From: an uncultured Thermoplasmata archaeon
Lineage (GTDB): Archaea > Thermoplasmatota > Thermoplasmata > UBA10834
Assembly: GCA_963719945.1 (NCBI GenBank)
Contig: CAVRDX010000004.1
Span: 224,001 to 288,000 of the forward strand
DNA length: 64,000 bases
Direction: 5' to 3'
Shown here: piece by piece, positions 9,535 through 18,525 of the stretch
Numbering within the stretch: position 1 is the first letter of the stretch
Layout: the number at the start of each line of letters is the position of its first letter
Notes under the pieces: model-generated
The model's database searches: none
Seen by the model: only the letters and a program-made list of their open reading frames with translations
What the model was told of the DNA's origin: nothing
Position numbers and translations under genes: made by a program

Positions 9535-10587
9535 TCAGTACATGTTCGCGTATCTGGAGAGCGTGCTGATGGCTATCTCCGTGATCCATTGATTCTTCTC
9601 AGGGTCCGGCCTCTCGGACCTGTACCAGAAGCCATCCTTGGACCTCATCTTCAGAAGCCACCTCGCTGCCTTCTCCATGCGCTCATCCTCAGGACCGTAT
9701 CCCAATATGGCCAGGATTTCCAGAGCAGAGAGCCCGCTGCCGAGATACGTCGGATACTTCAAAGTCGTCCAGTTCTTCTCAGACTGCAGGAATGTCGAGT
9801 GATAGTTCCTTTTGAAGAAGCCGTCAATGAGAAAATCGGCGCCTCTCAGGATCTCCCTCCTCTTTATCATGCCTGGGTCCCAGACTGCCCCTCTTATGAC
9901 CGCGAGTGTGCTCCACAGGCAGCTCGGGATATGCTCGTACTCATCGGGGTCGTAAGCTGGCAGGTCCTCGCTCTCGATCAGTTTCATGAAATTCTTCATC
10001 TTCATGTGGGCATACTCTGGTCGGTAGCGCATATCCTGCAGATACGGAATGTTCCAACCGCCATCATGCCGTTGCATGCTCAACAGCCATTTCATGAGCT
10101 TTTTCACTCTCGGATCGTCCCGCAATCCGAACTCGAGCGAGTTCCTGAGGGCCAATCCGTTGTAGTGTGGTATCGGGAATGCGGCAGTGGTGGGGCCAGG
10201 AATGTACCCATCCTTGACCTGCCAGCCAAGCATCTTATCGAAGGAAGCTCGCACGTTGCCCTCGTCGATCTTGGTTGCGTACTCTCCGAGCATCAACTGG
10301 TTCCTCAACATGGTCGTGTACGTCCACCCGATCGGCGACCCAGACCCACGCTCTTCCTCCATCCTTCTCAATTTCGATATCGGCCATGTGCCGTCTTCGC
10401 GCAACGAACCCAGTAGGCGCAATCGAGGAGGATATATCTCGCACTCTTTGATTGCCTGCTTGAGGATCGGATCGTCAGTGTCCTTCTTCATCACGTCTGA
10501 AAGAAGCCAAAATCTCACAGGAGGGATCGATATCTGAAGGAGCTTCCTTGCAGATTCGTCAACTGCTCTTCGAATCTCTGTCAACAT
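9535..10587 (-). CDS. Prenyltransferase/squalene-oxidase (QW) repeat protein, paralog 2
   Basis: Same length (350 aa) and collinear with paralog 1; QRHDGGWNIPY, LKYPTYLGSGLS. Confidence 0.7.
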   Translation of the reverse strand: MLTEIRRAVDESARKLLQISIPPVRFWLLSDVMKKDTDDPILKQAIKECEIYPPRLRLLGSLREDGTWPISKLRRMEEERGSGSPIGWTYTTMLRNQLMLGEYATKIDEGNVRASFDKMLGWQVKDGYIPGPTTAAFPIPHYNGLALRNSLEFGLRDDPRVKKLMKWLLSMQRHDGGWNIPYLQDMRYRPEYAHMKMKNFMKLIESEDLPAYDPDEYEHIPSCLWSTLAVIRGAVWDPGMIKRREILRGADFLIDGFFKRNYHSTFLQSEKNWTTLKYPTYLGSGLSALEILAILGYGPEDERMEKAARWLLKMRSKDGFWYRSERPDPEKNQWITEIAISTLSRYANMY

Positions 10588-10676
10588 GGCTGTGCCGGAT
10601 GGTCAATGTCCTCGTGGGAAATCTCTTTTTCGTAGGTCGAATCCGAAGTTTTGATCATCCAAATTCAGCTCCATGA

Positions 10677-10973
10677 TCATGATCGAAGCCCGCATTCAAC
10701 CGCGAACTTGAAGTCCTTACCCTCTTCTTCTTGAACCTTCTTGTAGAAGTCGCAGTTCATGCAGATGATCACTTTGGGCACGAACGAACCAGTGGGTTCT
10801 CCTCCACAGAGTGTGCCAGCGATTGCCCAGCAGATCCGTCCGCCATTTTTTCCATGATTCATCCCGTCCGTTTGAGAGTACGTATATGCAGGGCATACTC
10901 CGCATTCGGATATCTTGATTCCATCGGGAAGTCGTTCGCAACCTTTGAACTCCCAGCAGTTCTGCACCCCCAT
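10677..10973 (-). CDS. Two-CW domain Cys-rich small protein
   Basis: NCWEFKGC...CPA...GGRICWAIAGTLCGG...CMNCDFY pattern; ATG at 10973 after GAGGA. Confidence 0.85.
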   Translation of the reverse strand: MGVQNCWEFKGCERLPDGIKISECGVCPAYTYSQTDGMNHGKNGGRICWAIAGTLCGGEPTGSFVPKVIICMNCDFYKKVQEEEGKDFKFAVECGLRS

Positions 10974-11150
10974 TTCCTCACCGCTCCTCACGCGCATCAG
11001 ATCGAGCACGATCTGGAGCACGGGATGACGGTACATTTCTGATAAGTCTTGCCATGACTTGGACCGGATTATTCGCTGAGATGTGCACGTGCAGATTCAA
11101 TGTGCTGGCATACCCAGATTCATCCTACTTAATGCAACAATACCGGGACC

Positions 11151-11220
11151 AAGAAAGGTATAAATACTCACGAGTTTATACTGACATTTGTCTGACAATT
11201 CGAACAATATCGTCCGACGA
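11151..11220 (+). promoter_or_regulatory. Promoter of the cdrS-like/ftsZ operon with two palindromic candidate operators
   Basis: GAAAG-GTATAAATA at 11153-11166, then perfect palindromes TTGTC-T-GACAA (11188-11198) and TCGTC-C-GACGA (11210-11220). Confidence 0.65.
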
Positions 11221-11234
11221 CGGGAGACTTCCAA

Positions 11235-11549
11235 ATGGTCGAGTCAGAGCGGGTCACGATAAGACTACCGAATGAGCGCGTCCAGGCGCTCCAATCTCTA
11301 GTGGATCAGGGGAAGTTCTCCACGATATCCGATGCAATCAGAGCCGCTATCGACAAGTTCGTCGAGGGCGAGTTCACTCCGGAATATATAGAGAAGGTGA
11401 CGGTTGAGCTGCCTAAGGGCAACGTCGTGAACCTGAAGCAGCTGGTTCAGGACGGCGACTCCGTTTCTGTAGATGACGCCATCAGAAACGCTGTGCGCGA
11501 ATACATACGCAAGAGATTGTCACAAGCGATGCAAGAACTCGAAAGGTGA
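11235..11549 (+). CDS. Ribbon-helix-helix regulator, CdrS-like, with two RHH units
   Basis: ERVTIRLP...SDAIRAAI is repeated as EKVTVELP...DDAIRNAV; directly upstream of ftsZ like haloarchaeal cdrS-ftsZ2. Confidence 0.85.
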   Translation: MVESERVTIRLPNERVQALQSLVDQGKFSTISDAIRAAIDKFVEGEFTPEYIEKVTVELPKGNVVNLKQLVQDGDSVSVDDAIRNAVREYIRKRLSQAMQELER

Positions 11550-11644
11550 CGATCCCCAAAACGAGCGCAAAGGATGGGAATCAGATGGCCACGCACGCAT
11601 GTACGCATGAGCGAACGCCCTCTTCAGGGAGGTGCAATTAGCGC

Positions 11645-12694
11645 ATGCTCAACAAGTTGATCCAGGATGCCCTCGAGACGGAGCGTGACTTCGAGGCACA
11701 TCTTGCTCCGAAGATATGCGTCGTGGGCTGCGGTGGCGGCGGCTCTAACAGTGTGCACAGGATCAACAGGGTTGGACTAGAAGGCGTGGACACCATCGCC
11801 ATCAACACGGACAAGTTCCACTTGGCCAGAACCGATGCGATGAAGAGGATGCTCATTGGAGAGCATGCGACCTCCGGATATGGCACGGGCGGCGACCCGG
11901 AGATAGGCGAGAAGGTAGCGTATGACGCGATGGACAAGATAGAGGCGCTCGTGCGTGAATACGATATCGTGTTCGTCACAGCCGGCATGGGCGGCGGAAC
12001 GGGCACGGGAGTCGCTCCAGTCGTTGCGGAAGCAGCGCGCAGGCATGGCGCGATATCAGTCGCGCTCGTGACGATGCCCTTCGATATCGAGAAGGGAAGG
12101 TTGCGCGTAGCGTTCAACGGGATTGCGAAACTGAGAGAGAGAGCTCACAGCACGATCATACTCGACAACAACCGCCTGTTGAAGATCGTGCCCAAGTTGC
12201 CGGTCGAGCAGGCGTTCATGGTGATGGACCAGCTAATAGTCGAGGTCATCAAAGGCGTGACCGAGACGGTCTGCGAGACCAGCATGATCAATCTGGACTT
12301 CGCAGATTTCAGGAGCGTGATGCTCAAGGGTGGCGCGTCCACAGTGCTCTATGGTGAGAGCGAGGACGCCCAGAAGGTTGTCGCGGAGGCGATCAGCAAC
12401 CCGCTGCTGGATATCGACTTCGAAGGCGCAACAGGCGCGATGATCCACCTCACCGGTGGGCCATCGCTGTCCCTGCGGAAGGCGTACGAAGTCTTCAACG
12501 GAATCACGAACAAACTCGGTGATTGCGCTCACATCAAACTGGGTGCAAGAATAGATCCTGACATCGGCAACAGCATCAAGCTGATGGCGATAGTCACAGG
12601 CGTGCGGACGCCGGAAGATGCGGACGCGCTCAGACTCACAGGAATTGATGGGCTGAGCAGCACCCGGATCGCAATGGCAAACGTGTTAGGATGA
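11645..12694 (+). CDS. ftsZ: Cell division protein FtsZ (FtsZ2-type, divergent)
   Basis: [18 protein letters not shown] and NLDFAD motifs. Confidence 0.93.
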   Translation: MLNKLIQDALETERDFEAHLAPKICVVGCGGGGSNSVHRINRVGLEGVDTIAINTDKFHLARTDAMKRMLIGEHATSGYGTGGDPEIGEKVAYDAMDKIEALVREYDIVFVTAGMGGGTGTGVAPVVAEAARRHGAISVALVTMPFDIEKGRLRVAFNGIAKLRERAHSTIILDNNRLLKIVPKLPVEQAFMVMDQLIVEVIKGVTETVCETSMINLDFADFRSVMLKGGASTVLYGESEDAQKVVAEAISNPLLDIDFEGATGAMIHLTGGPSLSLRKAYEVFNGITNKLGDCAHIKLGARIDPDIGNSIKLMAIVTGVRTPEDADALRLTGIDGLSSTRIAMANVLG

Positions 12695-12725
12695 TATCCT
12701 CCCCCACATAAATAACACCAAAAAT

Positions 12726-12754
12726 GCGCCCCCTACCGTAACTTCGGGGGGCGC
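12726..12754. terminator. GC hairpin between convergent ftsZ and trmJ
   Basis: GCGCCCCC / GGGGGCGC 8-bp stem, followed by a T-run on either strand. Confidence 0.5.
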
Positions 12755-12771
12755 CACAGACTTTTCCGATA

Positions 12772-13551
12772 TCACGGTTCAAGCTCAGTCTTCACATCGT
12801 CCTTCTTGGTCTTGGACGAGGTCTTCTTCGGTCTCTTCTTCTTTGGTAGCTCTCCCTGTGTCGCCTTCTTTATGGCGTTGTCCAGGACCCCCATGAGCGA
12901 ATGGAATTCCCAGGTCGATGGAACCGATCTCGACACGATCCGTCTGAACATGACCTTCGTCTTCGCCTTCTTGTGTTTGGGCCAATCGATGCAGTCGAGG
13001 AGCATGGCGAAGTACTCGTGCAGTTTCTCAGTCTCCATCTCCGAGGCCAGCTGCGGTTCCCATCTCTCCACACCTGTTGCGAAGAGCTCGTAGAACACTA
13101 TCGCTGCGGCATGGCTGATATTGAGTATTGTGTATTCTGGATTGGCCGGGATAGTGACGAGGAAGTCGCAACGCCTGAGGAGTTCCTTGTCGAGTCCGAA
13201 ATCCTCTCGGCCGAAAAGGATCGCGACGGTGCCATCGAACTCCTTGATCTTCGCAGAGAATTCCTTCGGCGTCATCGATATCCTTGCGAAGTGCTTCTCG
13301 TTGCAGGTGTCTATTCCCGAGGTGGCAACCACGAAGTCCACTCCCTGGAGAGCCTCCTCGTCGGTGAACACTCTCTTCGCGTTCTTCAGGATATCCGTGG
13401 CGTGCATCGCACGCTTGGTCGCCTCCTCGCCGATTGCACACGGTCTGACGAGCACCAATTCCTCGAGCCCGAAGTTCTTCATGGACCGCGCGATCGCCCC
13501 GACATTGCCGTCGTGCAACGGTTCCACCAGTACTACCCTGAAATGAGGCAC
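12772..13551 (-). CDS. trmJ: tRNA (C32/U32) 2'-O-methyltransferase, TrmJ family
   Basis: VVLVEP...GNVGAIARSMKNFG, ILFGREDFGL and ILNISHAA SPOUT motifs. Confidence 0.92.
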   Translation of the reverse strand: MPHFRVVLVEPLHDGNVGAIARSMKNFGLEELVLVRPCAIGEEATKRAMHATDILKNAKRVFTDEEALQGVDFVVATSGIDTCNEKHFARISMTPKEFSAKIKEFDGTVAILFGREDFGLDKELLRRCDFLVTIPANPEYTILNISHAAAIVFYELFATGVERWEPQLASEMETEKLHEYFAMLLDCIDWPKHKKAKTKVMFRRIVSRSVPSTWEFHSLMGVLDNAIKKATQGELPKKKRPKKTSSKTKKDDVKTELEP

Positions 13552-13604
13552 GGCACCACGACAGATGCCCTAGGTATATAACTCTGTAGCAGATAATCTG
13601 GGGC

Positions 13605-14423
13605 GTGAGCAGCGAAGGGGAAATACGGGTCGCGCTTAAGGTCGCATACGATGGTACGAACTACTTCGGTTTCCAGAGACAGCCGGGCAGAGTGACAGTC
13701 GAAGGGGCACTCGTGACAGCGCTCGACAAGGTCGGTGCCATCAGCTCTCCGAGGGAGTGCGGGTACAGAAGTTCCAGCCGCACGGACCGAGGTGTGAGCG
13801 CCCTGGGAAACGTGATATCATTCCGCACATCATTCCCGCCGCGGTCCATATGCTCAGCGATCAACTCGGAGATGGAGGACATATGGGCGTATTCCATCGC
13901 TCGCGTCCCCGATGATTTCAATCCGCGGGCGGCAAGGCAACGATGGTATCGATATTATCTCCCCAAGGATGGGCAGAACCTTACAACAATGAAAGATCTG
14001 GCTGATAGATTCATCGGGATACATGATTTCTCGGCATATGCCACGAAGGCCGATAGGAATCCGATGAGGAAGATCGATTCGATCGACATCTCCGATGAGG
14101 GGATGTTCCATGCCATCGATTTCAGGGCGGAGAGTTTCCTTTGGAACATGATACGTCGGATCGTCTGGGTGATGAACGAGGGAAGCTCCGGCAGATTGGA
14201 CCTGGAGTCGATAGGGCCGGAGGCGAAGAAGAAGCTCATAAGGATCGGTCTTTCCCCACCCGAGTACCTCCTGTTAATGGATGTCGACTGTGGTGTGGAG
14301 TTCGAGCCGGACGAGCGCGCAAGGATACGCATAAGACGGATGGCAGAGCGGATGATGAAGAGCCATTCCATGAACCTGATATTCTCGAAGCATGTCCGCG
14401 ACCTATCTCTTCGCGGCTTGTGA
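13605..14423 (+). CDS. truA: tRNA pseudouridine(38-40) synthase
   Basis: AYDGTNYFGFQRQP, SRTDRGVSALGN and SFLWNMIRRIV. Confidence 0.93.
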   Translation: MSSEGEIRVALKVAYDGTNYFGFQRQPGRVTVEGALVTALDKVGAISSPRECGYRSSSRTDRGVSALGNVISFRTSFPPRSICSAINSEMEDIWAYSIARVPDDFNPRAARQRWYRYYLPKDGQNLTTMKDLADRFIGIHDFSAYATKADRNPMRKIDSIDISDEGMFHAIDFRAESFLWNMIRRIVWVMNEGSSGRLDLESIGPEAKKKLIRIGLSPPEYLLLMDVDCGVEFEPDERARIRIRRMAERMMKSHSMNLIFSKHVRDLSLRGL

Positions 14424-14459
14424 AGGTTGATATGTGCGGAGACTCGTACGCACGTTAAG

Positions 14460-14975
14460 ATGAAAGTGGCAGTGACCGGGACTCCGGGAGTCGGGAAGAC
14501 CTCCGCGACCGCCCTCGTCCGCTCCATTCGCGTGATTCGGGTCAATGATCTAGTCGAAGAGTTCGACGCGGTCACGGGCATTGACGAGGAACGCGGTTCG
14601 AAGGAGGTGGATATCGATAAGCTCAAAGCCGCCGTATCGAAGATGGATGGGGATATGCTGCTTGAGGGACATCTCTCACACCTACTAGGGGTCGATATCG
14701 CCATCGTCCTGCGCTGCTCCCCGACAGTTCTATGCGAGCGCCTGGGAAGTCGAGGGTGGAGCGAAGACAAGGTACGAGAGAACATGGAAGCCGAAGCCGT
14801 CGATATCATCCTTGTCGAGGCGTTGGAGATCGTGCCGAAGGTATGCGAAATAGACGTCACCGACATGCCTTCCGAGGCTGTTGCCAAAGCAATCGAGGAA
14901 ATCATTGCCGGAGAAAGTGAAAAATATCCAGTTGGCAATGTTGATTGGAGCCAGGAGGTTCTTAGCTGGTTTTAG
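14460..14975 (+). CDS. Adenylate kinase, AK6/Fap7 type
   Basis: TGTPGVGKT P-loop, EGHLSH, RGWSEDKVRENMEAE. Confidence 0.9.
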   Translation: MKVAVTGTPGVGKTSATALVRSIRVIRVNDLVEEFDAVTGIDEERGSKEVDIDKLKAAVSKMDGDMLLEGHLSHLLGVDIAIVLRCSPTVLCERLGSRGWSEDKVRENMEAEAVDIILVEALEIVPKVCEIDVTDMPSEAVAKAIEEIIAGESEKYPVGNVDWSQEVLSWF

Positions 14976-15589
14976 AAAAGTATCGCACAGAGGCCGACAG
15001 AGTGCTGGCACCTGCCGCCCAACAGCTTACCTCAGTCAACCCCAACCACATATCTGTAGCATCTCTGGTCTGCGCGCTGTTCGCAGGAATATTCTTCGCG
15101 CAGCAGAGGCCGGAGCTGTTCCTCCTGCTCGCATCAGCGTTCGTCGCGTTGAACGGATTGCTCGATGCTCTTGATGGAAAGGTCGCCAGGCTGATGGCCA
15201 AGGAATCGAAACGAGGCGACTTCGTCGACCACATCATCGACCGATACGCGGACATGTTCATACTTGCCGGTATCGCCCTCGGCGCATACTGTTCGTTGTT
15301 CGTCGGATTGTTCGCGGTCATAGGTGTGATGCTGGCCAGCTACATGGGCACGCAGGCCCAGGCGCTAGGCCTACGTCGAGAGTACAGAGGCGTGCTCGGA
15401 CGGGCAGACCGACTGGTGCTTCTGATCCTGATCCCAATACTCCAATACATCCTGTTGTGGCTTGGCGGGGACTTCAGCAACGATATCATGGGATTGACCG
15501 TCATCGGATGGATGATGGTATACTTCGGCATCGCAGGCAACATCACAGCCATTCAGAGAGCCTGGATGATCTGGAAGTCACTTCCGTGA
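14966..15589 (+). CDS. CDP-alcohol phosphatidyltransferase (archaetidylinositol-phosphate synthase-like)
   Basis: DALDGKVAR...GDFVDHIIDRYAD motif. Start proposed at CTG 14966; the ORF track starts at GTG 15002. Confidence 0.9.
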   Translation: MVLEKYRTEADRVLAPAAQQLTSVNPNHISVASLVCALFAGIFFAQQRPELFLLLASAFVALNGLLDALDGKVARLMAKESKRGDFVDHIIDRYADMFILAGIALGAYCSLFVGLFAVIGVMLASYMGTQAQALGLRREYRGVLGRADRLVLLILIPILQYILLWLGGDFSNDIMGLTVIGWMMVYFGIAGNITAIQRAWMIWKSLP

Positions 15590-16609
15590 CCGAGGTTTGA
15601 ACCTCTTCCCTTTCAGTTTGTAGTAAGTCAATGGATGATTCATCCAATCCTTCTTGCACAGCGAATCAGGGTCGAAGCAGATGCCATAGCTCTTCATGGT
15701 GCTGCATTCGGGTGGAGTGTACTCCGTCCCTGAGATCTCCCCAGTGATGTGCTGTATCTGGTACCGGGACTTGCTCTCGTCGAAGTCAGGGGCCGATGAG
15801 AACGTCTCCAGGACCTCGTCCGAGTTCATTCCCAACGTGTGCAGGAACGACACCAATGCGAACCTCCCGGTGTGCGGGACGTTCTCTCCGCCCTGTATCA
15901 TGCTGAGGAGCTTCTTCATGCATGGTGGGAATCTTATGATGCTCACCTTCCCCATGCTCCTCGCCTTGAACTCTGCCCGTTTCTCCTCCATGATCTTGCT
16001 TATGATCGCGATATCCTGGGAGAATGCGTTCATGATGTCATCGTTGACTGCGAGCGGAAGCTCGGACGAGATCTTCTCCGTGAGCATCTGCTGGATGAGT
16101 CTTACCAGTCGCTGCTTTGTGACGATGACCCTACCTTCGTGCAGCCGCTGATTGATCAGCTTCCAATCCTTGCTCCTCATCGCTGCCGAGAACCTCAGGA
16201 AGTCGGTGAAATCGACGGAGATGACATCCTCATCCACCGAGACATTCAGTCCGAGCTCCTCAGCGACAGATTTGATGAATGTCAGCTCTTCTGTCCTCAG
16301 ATGCTTGTCCGCCTTCTTCGCCTCGGCGATTGCGTACCTGTTCACAAGCATCTGATCGGTCACGGCCGATACTATCATCCTCGCGACGGGATAGCTCAAT
16401 AATTCGTTGTTCGCATCTACTGCCGACGCCATCGGATGGTCCTCGATCATGCCATTCTCCAGCGCTTCCATGACCCGCTCCTTACCCATGAACCGGGCCC
16501 TTTCATATGCCACGCTGGTCGTGAGCTTATTGAGATCGACTCCAGTCTCCTTAAGGTATGCAGATGCACCCTTCAGGAACGGATACTTCGCCGCCAGCTT
16601 GACATCCAC
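15578..16609 (-). CDS. priL: DNA primase large subunit
   Basis: AKYPFL start, FPPCM, PHTGRF and YTPPECSTMKSYGIC Fe-S motifs. Confidence 0.95.
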   Translation of the reverse strand: MDVKLAAKYPFLKGASAYLKETGVDLNKLTTSVAYERARFMGKERVMEALENGMIEDHPMASAVDANNELLSYPVARMIVSAVTDQMLVNRYAIAEAKKADKHLRTEELTFIKSVAEELGLNVSVDEDVISVDFTDFLRFSAAMRSKDWKLINQRLHEGRVIVTKQRLVRLIQQMLTEKISSELPLAVNDDIMNAFSQDIAIISKIMEEKRAEFKARSMGKVSIIRFPPCMKKLLSMIQGGENVPHTGRFALVSFLHTLGMNSDEVLETFSSAPDFDESKSRYQIQHITGEISGTEYTPPECSTMKSYGICFDPDSLCKKDWMNHPLTYYKLKGKRFKPRSRK

Positions 16610-16664
16610 GCCGTCCTCTCTCCTCTCTACTCGAATCGCTGCTCTGATTACAATAACTTGACTG

Positions 16665-18302
16665 CTACGTTCTCTCTACATCTCCGCACACCAGATATGA
16701 TCGTGCCGATGCGAGGGCGGTCTCCTCATCGAATATCTGCCAGAGGTCCTGGGGATCATCGAAGGGCCGCTTCCTCATTATCGTCATGGCCCTCTTCCTG
16801 CCTATCCCAGGGATCGCTTCGAGCATCGCCATCGATGCGGTGTTCGCATTCGTCGGATATGCTATCCCTGTCACGCTCCTTGGGCCGCTTCCGATGATCG
16901 CGACATCGATGTCCGCTCCTATCTCGAATGCATATGGCAGACCGACCAAGAGCGGGTATGTGCCGATCTGTCTCCCGAAGGTCCTTCCACCCTCCCTCAG
17001 TTCCGTATGTACACTCCTGAGAACGGAACCACTCGGCAGGAGTCTCTCCAGCATGGGCTGGTCGATCTGTTCCCTCACATCTCTCTTGAACTTCTCGAAC
17101 TCCTTGCGATGCCTGACGCCGGGTGAATCTGCACGGTAGGGTACCACCTGCCGTATGTTTATGCGTCTGAGGAGGAGCCCTTCGTCCACGACTCTCCTCA
17201 GGAATTGGAAATTGAGTGCATAGGTCTGCTTGGATTCCCCGTCGAGGCCACATACGAAATTGATGCCTGGCAGAACATGAGGCAGACCGGACGGACCGAT
17301 CGCCCTTCCCAATTCGTTGACGATCCTTATCGCTTCGATCGCCTGTTCCGCGGATGCGTTCAGATTGTTCGCCTCCGCGACCTTCGGGTCCGCTGATTCC
17401 AATCCGAAGGCAAGGACATTGCCGCTCGTGCAGTTCTCCACGATCGCCCTCAAGATCTTTCGCGACTCATCTGGATGCGATGCTATCACTGCGGGGTTCG
17501 CATTATCGAGATGGAACACCCTCGGGCACATCGTCTCCTTGACCCCTTTCAATAGGGATTCGATCGCCGACACGTTCGGCTTCGGCGTCTCGCTCTTGCC
17601 GACTTCTTCTGATTTGTAACAGAATACGCAGGACTGTGCGCCCAGTCTGATGTTCCTGACGCCCGCATCGGACAGAGCCGCGACCTCTCTCAAGATGTCC
17701 TTCGGTTCGCGAAAGACGACTTCCCCAGACAATGGCTCGATGCAGAACTTGCACCCGCCGCTGATGTACCTTACGCAACCACGATACATCTGTACCTCGG
17801 CGATAAGTGGCCCTCCCGCATCCGGATGGATCGATGAGACCACCGCTCCAGCCTCAAGCCAGGAATTCCATTCCTTCTGGTCTCTGCGTCTATCCTCGAA
17901 AGCCCCACTCGTGGCAAGATCGAAGAGTGCGGCATCGAGGTCCCCTGTCACGATCCGATCGAAGGAATCCCTCAGTGCATCTGGTAGCCTGCGCTCGTCA
18001 ACCCCAAGACTAGCCACTTTCAGGCCCTTGAACGATCCGCAAATCGTGACGAGTTCCTTATCGCTCGCTGGCATGCCCCTGAGATACTTGCCAGGGACTG
18101 CCACCCTTCTGATCACAGCGAGCAGGTCGAAGCCACTGAGATCGTCCTCTCCATTCCTCCACTGGTCGACTGTCCTGTAGTGGGCCTGCGCTCCCGCCTT
18201 CGCGAGCGCGCCGAAAGCCAGTCTGGCATAGGGAGAGATGTACGGCGGGACACCAAGGCACGCAGGCTCATCGGTGTACCCGTCGAGGACGAGGGCTCTC
18301 AT
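16665..18302 (-). CDS. Radical SAM protein with TRAM-like region and C-terminal helix-hairpin-helix (COG1031-like)
   Basis: LDGYTDEPACLGVPPYISPY N-terminus, CX7CX2C (CVRYISGGCKFC), RRINIRQV, IPGIGRKRA HhH. Confidence 0.85.
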   Translation of the reverse strand: MRALVLDGYTDEPACLGVPPYISPYARLAFGALAKAGAQAHYRTVDQWRNGEDDLSGFDLLAVIRRVAVPGKYLRGMPASDKELVTICGSFKGLKVASLGVDERRLPDALRDSFDRIVTGDLDAALFDLATSGAFEDRRRDQKEWNSWLEAGAVVSSIHPDAGGPLIAEVQMYRGCVRYISGGCKFCIEPLSGEVVFREPKDILREVAALSDAGVRNIRLGAQSCVFCYKSEEVGKSETPKPNVSAIESLLKGVKETMCPRVFHLDNANPAVIASHPDESRKILRAIVENCTSGNVLAFGLESADPKVAEANNLNASAEQAIEAIRIVNELGRAIGPSGLPHVLPGINFVCGLDGESKQTYALNFQFLRRVVDEGLLLRRINIRQVVPYRADSPGVRHRKEFEKFKRDVREQIDQPMLERLLPSGSVLRSVHTELREGGRTFGRQIGTYPLLVGLPYAFEIGADIDVAIIGSGPRSVTGIAYPTNANTASMAMLEAIPGIGRKRAMTIMRKRPFDDPQDLWQIFDEETALASARSYLVCGDVERT

Positions 18303-18525
18303 CGTCGCTGTGAACGATTCCGTCCACATAATATGTTCCTATTTCGTCGGCCATGTCTGACCCGTTCCACCAAGCGCCCTCGTGTAACATGATAATCTAT
18401 TAATCCGTCGAAATAATCATGTCTTCATAGCAATAACCGTAACAAACGACCATATCGGTTGTTCGAAATCGGAAAGTCAACCAACGAGTTTCGACATTAA
18501 CACAGACATAAAGGGGTAGAATCGA

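Noticed and set aside
8410-10587. Squalene-hopene cyclase call
   Set aside because: Too short (single domain) and no DxDD motif; only the QW-type repeats are shared.
12735-12748. CCGTAACTTCGGG resembles a conserved 23S rRNA stretch
   Set aside because: Only about 13 nt with no flanking rRNA similarity; explained by the local hairpin.
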